Origin: Pelagomonas calceolata | Lineage: Eukaryota | Assembly (NCBI GenBank): GCA_918797485.1 | Contig: CAKKNE010000003.1 | Span: 3,410,001 to 3,474,000 of the forward strand | DNA: 64,000 nucleotides | Direction: 5' to 3' | In this document: positions 53,602-64,000 of the stretch, in pieces | Position numbering within the stretch: the stretch's first letter is position 1 | Layout: every line of letters starts with the position of its first letter | Program-made: the position numbers and the translations under genes | Notes under the pieces: model-generated | What the model saw: the letters and a program-made list of their open reading frames with translations, nothing else | What the model was told of the DNA's origin: nothing | The model's database searches: none

Positions 53602-54984
53602 ATGGCGGACACGCCCGAGCCCCTCTCCGAGTACGAGCAGGCTAGGAATGAAAAGATCGCGCGCAATCGAGCGTTCTTGGCTGCGTTAGGTTTAGGTGAC
53701 GCCCAGTCTCCGCAACAAGCGCGACCGGTCGTGCGACGGCCCGATACGCCTGAAGTGGTAGAGAGGCCAAAGGCGTCCCAAGACGTCGTCGACGCCCTCG
53801 CGAAGCGCTACCCGTCGCGCCGGAAGGAGGCGTCTTTATTGGTTTCTGCTTTGAGAGCGCCGGGAGACGCCCCTATGATCGTGACTGGACAAGAGAGTGG
53901 TCCCGTCACGTGCGAAGCGGCGTCGCAATGCGGTCTGGCGGTGGCGCGCGTGAAGTGTTCGTCGGACGAGACGGGCTCCAAGTTACTTGAGAGATGCGCA
54001 GTTGCCGCGGACGGGAAAAGTGACAGAGTGTCCGCGGAGAGTCTGGCGCGTCGATTAGATGCTGCTGCTTTAGCTGCACCGTTGTCGCGGGGTGTTGTTA
54101 TTTTAGAAGACGGCGATCGGTTGCTCTCGAGGCGAGCGGGTGACGAGGGCGCTACTGCGCTACGCAGATTATGTGCTGCTTGTAGGCTCGCAGATACCGC
54201 ACCGCGACTGTGCATCACCGGAGACGACCGCGCCTTGTCGCAAGTGTCGCAGCGACTCCGGGATCCCGTGCGGATTCATTTACGAGACAACGCGACGACG
54301 ACGTCATTAACGCAAGCGCTATGCGACTCCGAAGAACCTTTATTTAGAGACTTTTGTAGGGCCGTCGCGACGGCCGCGAAGCGGGAGACGTCGGATATCG
54401 GACATCTCGCGAAACTCACGCGGTCGGCGCCTTTGTTCGACCTCTACAAAACGCAGCAAGGTGGCGCCGCCGGCTACGATGCCATCCGGCCAGTACTAAC
54501 AACAGCGATCCCCCGCTTGCGGGACCCCGAGCTCGACGTGGATGCGTTATGTCGCGGTGATGTTCCTACGAGTGTCGAGGAGCCGGCACCGGAAACTTTA
54601 TTACTCTTAGCGGCCTACGTGTCGTCACGAACGCGGCCCGAGGACGACCAACAGTTGTTCGGCCACGACCCCCAGAAGAAGAAGAGAAGGAAGAAGCGGG
54701 ACGTGACCAAAGTGCGGGTCGATGCCCCAAAAGCAGTCCAGTTGGATCGGCTGCTCGCGGTCTACGCGAGGTTGCGGGAGGAGCACGGGTCGTCGCTGCC
54801 CGACGTGCGCGACGACGACGTGTTGCGAACGTTATCCGATCTCGTGGATCAGAACGCTTTGGAAAGAGCTTCTGGTCTGGACGACTTGGCGAACCCTCGC
54901 TTCCTCTGTCTGCTGGACGCGGGGCAGGCCTACGACCTCGCGTCTCTCTTAGGACTGCCGCTGGGGCGGTACCTGCCGGGGTGA
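53602..54984 (+). CDS. ORC5: Origin recognition complex subunit 5-like
   Basis: YPSR N-terminal AAA+ start and C-terminal LLLAAYVSSRTRPEDDQQLF..KKKRRK..PKAVQLDRLLAVY (ORC5_C pattern). Confidence 0.75.
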   Translation: MADTPEPLSEYEQARNEKIARNRAFLAALGLGDAQSPQQARPVVRRPDTPEVVERPKASQDVVDALAKRYPSRRKEASLLVSALRAPGDAPMIVTGQESGPVTCEAASQCGLAVARVKCSSDETGSKLLERCAVAADGKSDRVSAESLARRLDAAALAAPLSRGVVILEDGDRLLSRRAGDEGATALRRLCAACRLADTAPRLCITGDDRALSQVSQRLRDPVRIHLRDNATTTSLTQALCDSEEPLFRDFCRAVATAAKRETSDIGHLAKLTRSAPLFDLYKTQQGGAAGYDAIRPVLTTAIPRLRDPELDVDALCRGDVPTSVEEPAPETLLLLAAYVSSRTRPEDDQQLFGHDPQKKKRRKKRDVTKVRVDAPKAVQLDRLLAVYARLREEHGSSLPDVRDDDVLRTLSDLVDQNALERASGLDDLANPRFLCLLDAGQAYDLASLLGLPLGRYLPG

Positions 54985-55001
54985 CTAATAGTACAAATGC
55001 C

Positions 55002-56255
55002 TTAACAACCCCCACGAGACTTCCTGCGAGCGATCTGGCGATTCCGGAGCACTTCAATTTTGTTCCAGATCATGTAAACGTCGATTTGATCGATCCCCGC
55101 GGCCACCAGCATGGGATGCGTGAGATCGCAGAGGTCCTCGACGGTCACCTCCTGGCGCCGGAGGATATCCAGCGCGTGCTGGCTCGGCCTGACCCTGACC
55201 TCCGCGAGCTCGGCGACGAGCCGCTCGTAGCTCGCCTCCGTGTAGGCCGGTCTTGGGGGCGACGGCGGCGCAACCGGTACGTCCCACTGGACCTTGCCCG
55301 TCCGCGGGCTGCCGAAGTAGTACCGCTTGCTCCCCGCGTCCCAGAAGGCCTTCCACGGGTGCGGCACGGTGGGCGGCGGCGGCGGCGGCTCGGGGGCGGC
55401 GGGGGCCGGTTCGGCGGCCTCGCAGGCGGTGTTGCGCGCCTCGTTCGCCGAGAAGTCCTCCGAGGACGGCGCCGGGCCCTGCCAGACCGCGCCGTTGAGG
55501 GCGGGAAAATCGGCAAGCGACGGCACGTGCGCCACCGAGCCGCTGTTCTTCTTCGTGCGCGGAGGCGCGGGCGGCGGCGCCGCGTCCCGCTTCTCCTCCG
55601 CGTCGCGCGGACCCGCCGCCTGGACTCGCGGGCCGCGCGCATCTTCGAGCTCGGACTCGAGAGCGTCCAACCGTTCCTCGAGCCGACGTTCTTCCTCGCG
55701 ATGCTCAATAAGCAGCATGGCGACGGCAGTCTCGAGTCGATTTGTTGCCTCCCTTCGCTCAGCCGACAGCTCGCGGACCTGCCGCACCAGCTCCCGGACC
55801 CGGGCGTCCTTCGCTTCGGGCTCCTCTGGGCTTTGATGATACGTCGTGATGACCAGCTTCTGAGTCCGGTCCGTGATGTAGACGATGCCGTTGTGTTCGA
55901 TCTTCCAGCGCACCGCGCCGTCCCTGCCATTGCGCGCGCGCGTGACTGTTCCGTATTTCTTCGCCGTCTGGAGCTCTTTCACCGAGACCGCGCGCTCTCC
56001 CATGCGCGCCCGGCCGTGGGGCGTCGGAATCACCGTGTGCGCGCTCGTGGCGCGCGACGCGAGGCTCGCCTCGTCCGCCTCAGGCTGGCGCGCGCCGCCA
56101 GAAGCGGCGATCCCGCGCAGGACGTCGTCGTTCAGGGGCGCGTCGTCGGAGGCGTCCTCGTCGAGGGGCGCGTCCTCCTGGATGGTCGCAGTCGCACCCC
56201 AGCACTGGGCAGGTGGAGGGGCACCATACTTAAGCAGGGCCAAGTTGTTGGGCAT
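55002..56255 (-). CDS. Protein with DUF4258-like domain, coiled coil, WW and SAM-like domains
   Basis: TPHGRARMGERAVSVKELQTAKKYG; WW motif VPHPWKAFWDAGSKRYYFGSPRTGKVQWDVP; SAM-like ILRRQEVTVEDLCDLTHPMLVAAGI. Confidence 0.65.
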   Translation of the reverse strand: MPNNLALLKYGAPPPAQCWGATATIQEDAPLDEDASDDAPLNDDVLRGIAASGGARQPEADEASLASRATSAHTVIPTPHGRARMGERAVSVKELQTAKKYGTVTRARNGRDGAVRWKIEHNGIVYITDRTQKLVITTYHQSPEEPEAKDARVRELVRQVRELSAERREATNRLETAVAMLLIEHREEERRLEERLDALESELEDARGPRVQAAGPRDAEEKRDAAPPPAPPRTKKNSGSVAHVPSLADFPALNGAVWQGPAPSSEDFSANEARNTACEAAEPAPAAPEPPPPPPTVPHPWKAFWDAGSKRYYFGSPRTGKVQWDVPVAPPSPPRPAYTEASYERLVAELAEVRVRPSQHALDILRRQEVTVEDLCDLTHPMLVAAGIDQIDVYMIWNKIEVLRNRQIARRKSRGGC

Positions 56256-56545
56256 GGTCAAATCTCTGGCGAGGGCTCGAGCAGTACTCGTGCGAAGGAG
56301 ATCGAGGATTCGTTATGGGACGTATTAAAGACCAGGGTCGCTCTGTTGGCTCCCCGACTCCTACTCACGACCGGATACCAAAAAATCGGCAAGTCGCAGC
56401 TAGTGGGAGAGACATACTAGGATACGGTCTTGGCCCGGCATCGGCATCGCCTTATACGAGCCCTATAACTCATAAATCCAGCAAGGTCGGACCCGCAGCG
56501 CTGGCGCGCCGCCGCCGCCTCACCCTCAGACGCCTCCGGCGCGCC

Positions 56546-57502
56546 ATGCTGGCCTGGCTCCAGGCATGCATCAATTGGCTCTGTAAACAGTGGGCCTGGC
56601 TCTTCGCAAAACGTGTCAGATTGAACAACAGCTCGGTCGACGTCGGCCCCGTGCTCGCCGAGGGCGGCTTCGCGACGGTCTATGAAGCTGTGGATGTGAG
56701 GACGAAGCGATCGATAGCAATAAAACAAATTAGGTGCCCCGACGCCGACCACGCCCAGCGCGCCGACGCGGAGATTGAAGCGCATGGCAAGTTAAGGCAT
56801 GCTACGATTGCCGAGTTATTGGACTACGGCATCGAGAGAAATGTCTACCGACTGGCCTTCCCGTTGTATGGCGTTTCCGTCCGAAAGCTTTTAGACGACG
56901 CCTTGGCCACGAGGACGTGCCTGACGCCCCAGATGGCGGCGTCCATCCTCGTCGCAGTCGGAGAGGCCCTCGCCGAGTGCCACGCTTCACAAATATGTCA
57001 CGGTGACCTGAAACCGGATAATGTCCTCCAGCACAACTCGTCGTGGGTCCTCGTGGACCTCGGGTCTTGTTCGGGGTTTGGGGCACCTCTACAGGATAGA
57101 AGGGACTGTCTAGCTTTACAAGATTTCGCGGCAGAACATTCTACGTTGACATATAGGGCTCCCGAACTCTGGCAGCCCCAAATTGGCGACGCGCGACGCG
57201 GCGCTTCCGATATCTTTGCGCTGGGGGCGTTGTGCTGGGCGCTGGCCTTCGGGTACTCGCCGTTTGAGAGCGAGTTACGCGCACGAGGACCCGTGATCGT
57301 CGAGTCGAGCCATTCCCGCGCTTTGAGTGCGCCGGCGGCGCCGCCGCGGTCGTCCATATGCCTGAGGCGCTACCCGGGCTTCTACTCTCCGTTGATCGAG
57401 GTGGCGCGGCGGCTCTTCGTCGCGGAGGCTTCTTCCAGGCCCGACGCGCGGGACGCGCTTGAACTGTTGAGGGGCCTCGCGGCGGGGGGCGAGGCGGTCT
57501 AA
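56546..57502 (+). CDS. Ser/Thr protein kinase, NAK family (STK16-like)
   Basis: LAEGGFATVY, AIKQI, HGDLKPDNVL, DLGS, LQDFAAEHSTLTYRAPEL and FGYSPFE. Confidence 0.88.
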   Translation: MLAWLQACINWLCKQWAWLFAKRVRLNNSSVDVGPVLAEGGFATVYEAVDVRTKRSIAIKQIRCPDADHAQRADAEIEAHGKLRHATIAELLDYGIERNVYRLAFPLYGVSVRKLLDDALATRTCLTPQMAASILVAVGEALAECHASQICHGDLKPDNVLQHNSSWVLVDLGSCSGFGAPLQDRRDCLALQDFAAEHSTLTYRAPELWQPQIGDARRGASDIFALGALCWALAFGYSPFESELRARGPVIVESSHSRALSAPAAPPRSSICLRRYPGFYSPLIEVARRLFVAEASSRPDARDALELLRGLAAGGEAV

Positions 57503-57536
57503 GAAGCGTCGTTGTAATATAGAACATCACACACCC

Positions 57537-59420
57537 TTACACGCGTCCCCACTCCTGGCGCCGCCGCGCGCGCCCGCCTTCGAAAGCCCCGCGCATGGAG
57601 AACCGCGGCTTCTTGCGCGGCGCCCTCCCAGCATCCACGGGAGGGTCCCGCGGCGGCAGCGCCGCAGGTCTACTATGCGACGGCAGGAACTCTTTGACCG
57701 TATCGGACTGGTCATGCAGTCTCGTATGGTACTCGCCGAACGCCCGAAAGAACCGGTCCCGCGCACTCTGCCGCAGCCACCGCAAATGCCCGTCGGCCTT
57801 GTCGCGCACGTCGGCCCACTCGACGCCACTTAACTGCGCGGCCGCCGACAGCAAGTTGATCGCATCAGAAGAATCTAGATCTTTTTCGTCCATCTTCGAA
57901 TTGTCGTAGAGCTCCTCGGCGACCGGCGCGCGCGCCCAGTCCACGGCATCGAGCGACTCGTTGTGGTCCATCCAGGCGACGTACCTGTATCGGTGACTTC
58001 GCGCCGCGAAGCCCACCAGCGCGGCTTTGGTCCCGCCCTCCATGCGGTGCCACTCGTAGCTTCTCCCGCCGCAGTTGTGCGGCGGCGCGTCGCCATATTT
58101 CTTCCCGTGGCACTTCGGCACGATGGTCAAAGCGTGGGAGTTGCCGCCCTGGCCGGTTTCCACGATCGACCGCCAGCTGCGACCTTCCAACCACTGGTAC
58201 ATGTGTCTCCCGAACGGCAAATGTGCGAGATCGATGACGGACTTGTACAGGTCCACTAACTCCACTAAAGCGTTCGTCGAGCGACCCCACATGTGTCGAT
58301 GGTGCGGATCGCGCACGATGAGAGGTACTCTAGCGTCGATCTCGTACAAACTGCCTTTGCCCCAGTGCCCGCGTTCCCCGATGCCATACCCATGATCCGA
58401 CGTGAAGATAATCACCGTGTCGTTCGCTAGATGCAAATTGTCGACTTGGTCCAGGACGCGGCCGACTTGGACGTCCAGAAACGCGACGGACGCGAGGTAG
58501 CCCCGGCGCAATTCGCGGACGACGTGTTCCGGCAATTCTTTGCCCTCTTTATAGGGTTTGGCGGGCACTCGATGACGCGTACCATCTATCGTGATGGCCG
58601 TCGGGGCGATGTTGTTGTCCCCAAAAGCATAAAAGGGCGCGCCCGTCGTCTTTCGTTGGATGTCGGGCATGGCGATTCTCCTATCTTGATACTGAGACCA
58701 CGTTTGAACGGGAATGCGCCACTTCGTGTGCGGGTGGTGGAAGCCCACTCCCAAAAAGAAGGGCCGTCTCCTCATCGACCACTGCTTCGCACCTAGGGCC
58801 AGCTTCTTGTTCGCGTCACTGGCGACGCGGTAGTCGAATAATGATTCAGCGGGATCCTGCGTCGGGTAGACGCGCCCCATCACTATGTCGCCGTCCGGCA
58901 CCTCCTCCTTTCGTGGAGAACATCTACCACCAGAATCCTCGTCGCCGCAGCCCCACTCTTGGGAGTACGTGCCCCATTTCGGGAAGTGCGCCCCGGTGCC
59001 CCGCGTGAACGGCTCGCCGATGGGCTCCCAGTGCCAGAGCTTGCCCACGCCCATGGTGATGTAGCCGTGGGACCGCATGTGCGTAAAGACGTCGAGTTCT
59101 CCTCGTTTTCCTAACGTCAAGTGAGTTACTCCCTCGAAATAGAACACCTTGCTCACGTCTGGATACATGCCCGTCAAAAAAGAATTTCTCGACGGATTAC
59201 AAGCGGGAGCTTGGCAGTAGGCCCGTCGGAAGGAGACTCCCGTTTTCGCGAGTCGATCGATTTGGGGCGTGTCTACATCAGAATGTCCGAGATGGCCGAG
59301 TTGCGGGCGCAGGTCGTCGGCGATCATAAATAATACATTTCTTTTCCCGCGGGGCTTGTTGTCGTCTCGTTGCTGCTTGAACGCATGAGTGGTTGCTAGG
59401 AGGGCTATGAGGAGGCGCAT
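57537..59420 (-). CDS. Formylglycine-dependent sulfatase, iduronate-2-sulfatase-like, secreted
   Basis: Signal peptide MRLLIALL, NVLFMIADDLRP, CNPSRNSFLTG, GKLWH, GFHHPH, SDHG and ARVPLI. Confidence 0.92.
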   Translation of the reverse strand: MRLLIALLATTHAFKQQRDDNKPRGKRNVLFMIADDLRPQLGHLGHSDVDTPQIDRLAKTGVSFRRAYCQAPACNPSRNSFLTGMYPDVSKVFYFEGVTHLTLGKRGELDVFTHMRSHGYITMGVGKLWHWEPIGEPFTRGTGAHFPKWGTYSQEWGCGDEDSGGRCSPRKEEVPDGDIVMGRVYPTQDPAESLFDYRVASDANKKLALGAKQWSMRRRPFFLGVGFHHPHTKWRIPVQTWSQYQDRRIAMPDIQRKTTGAPFYAFGDNNIAPTAITIDGTRHRVPAKPYKEGKELPEHVVRELRRGYLASVAFLDVQVGRVLDQVDNLHLANDTVIIFTSDHGYGIGERGHWGKGSLYEIDARVPLIVRDPHHRHMWGRSTNALVELVDLYKSVIDLAHLPFGRHMYQWLEGRSWRSIVETGQGGNSHALTIVPKCHGKKYGDAPPHNCGGRSYEWHRMEGGTKAALVGFAARSHRYRYVAWMDHNESLDAVDWARAPVAEELYDNSKMDEKDLDSSDAINLLSAAAQLSGVEWADVRDKADGHLRWLRQSARDRFFRAFGEYHTRLHDQSDTVKEFLPSHSRPAALPPRDPPVDAGRAPRKKPRFSMRGAFEGGRARRRQEWGRV

Positions 59421-59684
59421 GGTGCCGCGCTGCAAGGTGTGGCTCCTGGGGTTCGGGTGCTGCGCGCGTCGGGGTGCGCCGCAGCGATGGCGTGCCGCGG
59501 CTGCGCAGGGGATGGCGTGCCGCGGCTGCGCAGGGGTGGCCAGAACTAGCGCACGGATTGCGTTGCACGGTGCAAAATGGGAGACAAAAACCGGAGCTAG
59601 CGGCGTGTAAGGCACTAGCCTTAGCCCTAAGATCAGGCTTTTGGTATCGTAGGGCTGCCCCCGAGCGACTTGTCCATATAAGAG

Positions 59685-60842
59685 ATGATCCTCACGCAGT
59701 GCGCCGTCTGCGCCACCGAGCTTGGGCGAACCTTGGGCAAGAAATGCGGCCGCTGCAGCACGCGCTACTGCGGCGCCGAGTGCCAGGTGCAGCACTGGAA
59801 AGACGGCGGCCACGACACGCTCTGCAAGAAGATTAAAAAGGCTGGTGGCGCCGAACAATACAACGCAAATAAGAAGTACGCGGCGGCCGTCGCGGTCGCG
59901 GCCGAGAAATGCGCCGAGGACACGAAGGGCCAGACGTGCTACATCTGCACGCAGGCGTTGCATTGGAAGACGAAGGAGGGCCTCGTGCGCGGGTGCTCGT
60001 GCCGCGGGACGGCGGGGTTTGCGCACGTGTCGTGCTTGGCGGAGCAGGCGAAGATTTTGATGGACGAGGCCGAGTATAACAATTTGGACTCGAAGGTGAA
60101 GAGGTGGATGCGGTGGCACACGTGCGGCCTGTGCGAGCAAGACTACCACGGCGTCGTGTATTGCGCGCTCGGATGGGCGTGCTGGAAGACATACCTGGGG
60201 CGGCCGGAGACGGACCAAGCTCGGTGCCTGGCGATGAACGTGCTTGGGAACGGTTTAAGTGAAGCACGCCACGACGAGGAGGCGTTGTCCGTGTACGAGG
60301 CCGATTTGGCTACGAAGCGGCGCCTTGGCGCATCGGAAGACAGCATTCTCGTCACGCAGACATGTATTGCGAACTTGCATGCGAGGCTTGGACGAAACGA
60401 ACAGGCCTCAAACATGCTTCGAGATGTATACTCTGGACGGGTGAGGCTCAATGGCGAGGAACATGAAGAGACCGTCATAGCAGCCCTCAACTACGCATCG
60501 TCCCTTGGTGGTCTAAAGCGCTTCGAAGAAGCCAGGTCACTGCTGCGCCGAATAATTCCCGTGGCGCGGCGCGGTCTCGGAGAGAATAATGACATCACGC
60601 TCAGGGTGAAGTTTACTTACGCGCTGGCGCTCTACAACGACACCGGCGCGACGCTCGACGATCTCCGCGAGAGCGTGGCGACGCTTGAAGAGACGGAACG
60701 GACCGCGCGGCGCGTTCTGGGCGGCGCGCACCCGATTGTACAGGCGAGTGAGCGCAGCTTGGAAAACGCGCGTGCCGCGCTCCGCGCCCGCGAAGGCGAC
60801 GTCGACGCCCTCCGCGACGCCGTGGCGGCGCTGGGTAAATAA
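59685..60842 (+). CDS. MYND zinc finger + RING-CH-like + TPR-repeat protein
   Basis: CAVC..CGRCSTRYCGAECQVQHWK..H..C; CYIC..GCSCRGTAGFAHVSCL..CGLCEQDY; helical repeats. Confidence 0.85.
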   Translation: MILTQCAVCATELGRTLGKKCGRCSTRYCGAECQVQHWKDGGHDTLCKKIKKAGGAEQYNANKKYAAAVAVAAEKCAEDTKGQTCYICTQALHWKTKEGLVRGCSCRGTAGFAHVSCLAEQAKILMDEAEYNNLDSKVKRWMRWHTCGLCEQDYHGVVYCALGWACWKTYLGRPETDQARCLAMNVLGNGLSEARHDEEALSVYEADLATKRRLGASEDSILVTQTCIANLHARLGRNEQASNMLRDVYSGRVRLNGEEHEETVIAALNYASSLGGLKRFEEARSLLRRIIPVARRGLGENNDITLRVKFTYALALYNDTGATLDDLRESVATLEETERTARRVLGGAHPIVQASERSLENARAALRAREGDVDALRDAVAALGK

Positions 60843-60867
60843 AAATGATTCGTCTTAGTACCACCTA

Positions 60868-61680
60868 TCACGGCAGCACGCGCATGACGATCAGCACGTC
60901 GAGGACGATGCAGACGCATAGTAAGGTCACGAAGCAGTGGAAGGCGCCCATGTTCCTCTGACCGATGCCCGTCCCCGTCCACGGGCAGACATGATCAAAA
61001 CCCTCGACGACCAACCCGAGATCCTCGTCGTAGCACGCGCCGGGCGGCCGGAAGGTCCTGGCTTGGTCGTTCCAGCGCCAATTGGCTTCCGGTTTTTCCG
61101 GATGGCGCCTCAGAATCCCTGGATCTCGGAAGGCCACACACGACAACGCCGTGACCAGGCACAACACTGATAAAGCCCAGACTATTTTGGTGACCAGAGC
61201 TCTGTCCGGTAACACAGCAATCCCAATCGCGCCGCTGATCAGAAAGATGAGCGGGAACGTCACACAGCAAGTGAAGGGCCAAAAGGGACCAACAATACAC
61301 AAAAGTTTCGTCCTGCGAACGGCCCCGCCGGGCATGGGCGCCGGCTTGCCCTTGACGTTCTTCCAGCGCAGCACGGCCATGTAGCCCAACCTTCGGGCAC
61401 CAAGGCATTTACAAAACCTCGCGACGTTCCTTCTTCCATATTTCACGCAGGGCCCGTCCGGCCCGCAGTCGTCGGGGCAGCCCTCGTGGGGGTCGTCCCA
61501 GGTCCTCGGGACACCTGCCCCGACCGCGAACTCTCCCGCCAAGCCCTCGTCTGGCGTCGGCGTCTGGGTCCCGGGCGCGCCGGGCTCGCCGGCCTCCTCG
61601 TCCTTGGCGTCTTCTCCGGGTGCGACGACGGGCGTCATCTCGAGCATGGGGGCCTCTTCCTCGACGGCGGTGCGGCGCAT
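60868..61680 (-). CDS. DHHC-family palmitoyltransferase-like membrane protein (DHVC variant)
   Basis: TM helices, DPGI, FRPPGACY and GFDHVCPWTGTGIGQRNM. Confidence 0.8.
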   Translation of the reverse strand: MRRTAVEEEAPMLEMTPVVAPGEDAKDEEAGEPGAPGTQTPTPDEGLAGEFAVGAGVPRTWDDPHEGCPDDCGPDGPCVKYGRRNVARFCKCLGARRLGYMAVLRWKNVKGKPAPMPGGAVRRTKLLCIVGPFWPFTCCVTFPLIFLISGAIGIAVLPDRALVTKIVWALSVLCLVTALSCVAFRDPGILRRHPEKPEANWRWNDQARTFRPPGACYDEDLGLVVEGFDHVCPWTGTGIGQRNMGAFHCFVTLLCVCIVLDVLIVMRVLP

Positions 61681-61937
61681 GCGCGCGGCGCGTGCTCGGG
61701 TGGGCCAACTCTTTTTTTAAGCGCCGGGGCTCTAGCCGCTGCTGCGTCACGCGTTGTCTAGGGCGTCGCGCGCTGTCTAACGGACGCAATCGCAGCTCTG
61801 TCACGGCGGTGGCGTGGCTGATAATTTGGATTTTTGCTAGATTAACGCGCGAGCTAGCTAGACACAGTAAGACACTAGCAATCAGCTCTGGCTCCCCACT
61901 AGTCCTAGCACCGCAACAACAGGCTACGAACGCGACC

Positions 61938-62798
61938 TTACCGGACCCCGAGCGCCGCCTCGCACCGCCGCGCCCGCTCGCCGCGCGCGTCGCACCAATC
62001 GTGCTTCGCCCCCCGCCCATTGTAGGGCACCGCGTAGCCGCCCCGGAGCAATTTCCCACCAACATCCTCCCCGTCGACAGACACGTCGCAGAGGAGCCGG
62101 AAGTACTTGTCCGGCGCGCAATTGTCGAGGGTCGTGTTCCTGCCTACTACCATCGATACAAGCTTATCACGAGCATCCAAGGCCAGGCACTTCTCCAGGG
62201 GACATTGAGCACCTCGCAGTTCCGCGGCGTCGATGCCCCGGAGGCGCACGCCCATCGTCGCGAAGACGTCGGGCAGACCGGGCAGCGCCACTCGGCACGT
62301 GTCCCCGTCGTGGCACCTTTCCACGACGGCGTGGAAGCGGCGGCCGTCCCACGACTTTGAAGCCGGTCTTTGCGCTGGGAACTTCAGGCGCAGGCCCAGC
62401 GCTATCACAAGCGCCCAGCACGCTCGTCTCAAGTTCCGCGACGGGAAGGTCACGTCGAGGGCGAGCGCGTGGAGCCACACCGGGAGGGCCCAAGCTCTAC
62501 GCTTCGGCACGCGCAGCCACGCCAGTGCCCGATCGAGGCCGTAGGCCACCGGGACGTAGACAACGGAGAGCCACGCCGCAAGTTTTGCGAACCGCGCGAC
62601 GGCCGCGAGGACCAAGATTACCATGGACAGTCTGCCCAGGCGGCCCGTCCGCGCTTTGTGTGTCGCGTGCACCGCGCGCCACAGCCAGTCGACGGGCAGG
62701 AACCGCGTGAGGATGATAATCACAGATGGGGCTGAGGCAATCGCAACGTTCCGCAGGCCGCGCGCCGTGAGGCAGCCCTCGCCGCCTCCGTATGGCAT
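61938..62798 (-). CDS. Membrane-anchored staphylococcal nuclease (thermonuclease)-like protein
   Basis: CHDGDT, VRLRGIDAAEL, DKYFRLLCDV and LLRGGYAVPY, with N-terminal hydrophobic helices. Confidence 0.8.
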   Translation of the reverse strand: MPYGGGEGCLTARGLRNVAIASAPSVIIILTRFLPVDWLWRAVHATHKARTGRLGRLSMVILVLAAVARFAKLAAWLSVVYVPVAYGLDRALAWLRVPKRRAWALPVWLHALALDVTFPSRNLRRACWALVIALGLRLKFPAQRPASKSWDGRRFHAVVERCHDGDTCRVALPGLPDVFATMGVRLRGIDAAELRGAQCPLEKCLALDARDKLVSMVVGRNTTLDNCAPDKYFRLLCDVSVDGEDVGGKLLRGGYAVPYNGRGAKHDWCDARGERARRCEAALGVR

Positions 62799-63081
62799 GG
62801 CGGCTTCCGTGCGCACCGCGCGCGTGGCCGCAAGTGATTTATGCGGGCACACGGGGAGCCGTAGCCTGATGAGAGCGGGAACATGTTGTGAGCTCGGCGG
62901 ATTCGGGCCTCGGCCGAGCAGAGGACGGCGTAGCTCCGAGCCTTCCCGGGACGTCTTCCCGACCGGTCGCCCGCGAGGGTTGCGAAAGGATTTTCATATT
63001 CAAATCATGTTTGGCGCTCTCACTGTTCCAAAAAGAGCGGGCTGCCCCAGCGCATATACTCGCTGCCGAGACGCAGACCGG

Positions 63082-64000
63082 ATGTCGGGCAGCAGCAAGA
63101 AGTCACTCAAGGCCGCCCTGGCCCTCGGCGGCGGCCTCGTGACCGTGGGCCTCATGGCCGCCATGCTGACCGATGATGATGGGCCGCCGGAGGATGTGGT
63201 CGACGGCGTCCAGTCGACGATGAACGGTCTGGTGGACAAGGCCGGCGGCGCGGTTGCGGCCATGGCGGCTTCGGTGGGGGAGGCGGTCAAATCGTCGCTC
63301 GGTGGGGTGCTCAAGACCTCGGCACCGGCGCCTTCGAAGACGAAGAAGGCCAAGAAGCGCAAGACGAAGACGAAGGCGGCGGCGAAGGCGCGGAAGGCGC
63401 GCAAGCGCGAGGCCAAGGCGGCGAGGGCGACGGTGCCCGTCACGCCGCCGAAGAAGACCCCGGCCGCGCGCGAGGAGCCCGTCGTGCCCGAGGCCGCGCC
63501 GCCCGTCGTGGATGCGCCGGTGCCATACGCCGTCGGCGCGCGCGTCGAGGCGCGCTGGGCCGGGACGTGGTACGGGGCCGTCGTAGAAGAGCTGCACGCC
63601 GACGGGAGCTACGAGGTCGAGTGGACCGACACGCCCAACGTCTTCAACACGGTCGCGGCGGCCGACGTGCGCGCCGCCGAGGACGAGCCAGTGCCGCCGC
63701 CGCCGCCGGAGGCCGAGGAGGAGGCGGCGCCCGCGGCCGAGCCGCCCGCGCCCGCTCCGCCCGCCGCCGCGGACGACGAGGCCGGCGAGGAGGAGCCCGA
63801 GGAGGAGCAGGAGCCCGAGGCCGCGGACGGCGAGGCGCCCGCGGCGGAAGAGGCGCCCGAGGCCGCGGCCGCGGACGACGAGGTCCAGGGCCTCCTCGAC
63901 GGCGCCGCGCCGCGCGTCGTCGTCGACATGCTCCTGGCCAACGAGAGCTTCAAGATCGCCTTCGACCAGGAAAATCCCAAGCGCCCGGACTCGGCGTCCT
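63082..64000 (+). CDS. Partial gene running off the right edge, with N-terminal TM helix and Tudor/Agenet-like domain
   Basis: Manual translation: MSGSSKKSLKAALALGGGLVTVGLMAAML...YAVGARVEARWAGTWYGAVVEELHADGSYEVEWTD. Confidence 0.6.
   Translation, partial: MSGSSKKSLKAALALGGGLVTVGLMAAMLTDDDGPPEDVVDGVQSTMNGLVDKAGGAVAAMAASVGEAVKSSLGGVLKTSAPAPSKTKKAKKRKTKTKAAAKARKARKREAKAARATVPVTPPKKTPAAREEPVVPEAAPPVVDAPVPYAVGARVEARWAGTWYGAVVEELHADGSYEVEWTDTPNVFNTVAAADVRAAEDEPVPPPPPEAEEEAAPAAEPPAPAPPAAADDEAGEEEPEEEQEPEAADGEAPAAEEAPEAAAADDEVQGLLDGAAPRVVVDMLLANESFKIAFDQENPKRPDSAS

Overview
Eukaryotic nuclear DNA, most likely from a pelagophyte alga such as Pelagomonas (inferred from gene families, intron style and base composition; not proven). 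The window crosses a sharp compositional boundary near 22.0 kb. The left block is lower in GC and richer in introns. It holds a partial FN3-like gene, a ~15.5 kb cytoplasmic dynein-2 heavy chain gene and a PP2A B56 gene. The right block is very GC-rich, gene-dense and intron-poor. It holds a GT61/GT47/sulfotransferase fusion, a histone cluster, MPP-beta-like, CDIN1, TrhO/TSTD2, DIS3, EDRF1, ORC5, a NAK kinase, a sulfatase and others. The standout observation is a 586-aa in-frame intein (8058-9815, Cys1...Gly-Asn, followed by Cys+1) with a degenerate LAGLIDADG-type endonuclease region. It sits between Walker A and Walker B of dynein-2 AAA1, and removing it restores the conserved FN|CDEG motif. 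Secondary observations are a histone locus with 3' stem-loops, a palindromic H3/H4 promoter, an H2B gene reduced to its last 15 codons beside a divergent H2A, an introner-like intron, a LINE 3' fragment, and a recurrent short-motif vocabulary in the low-GC intergenic DNA.
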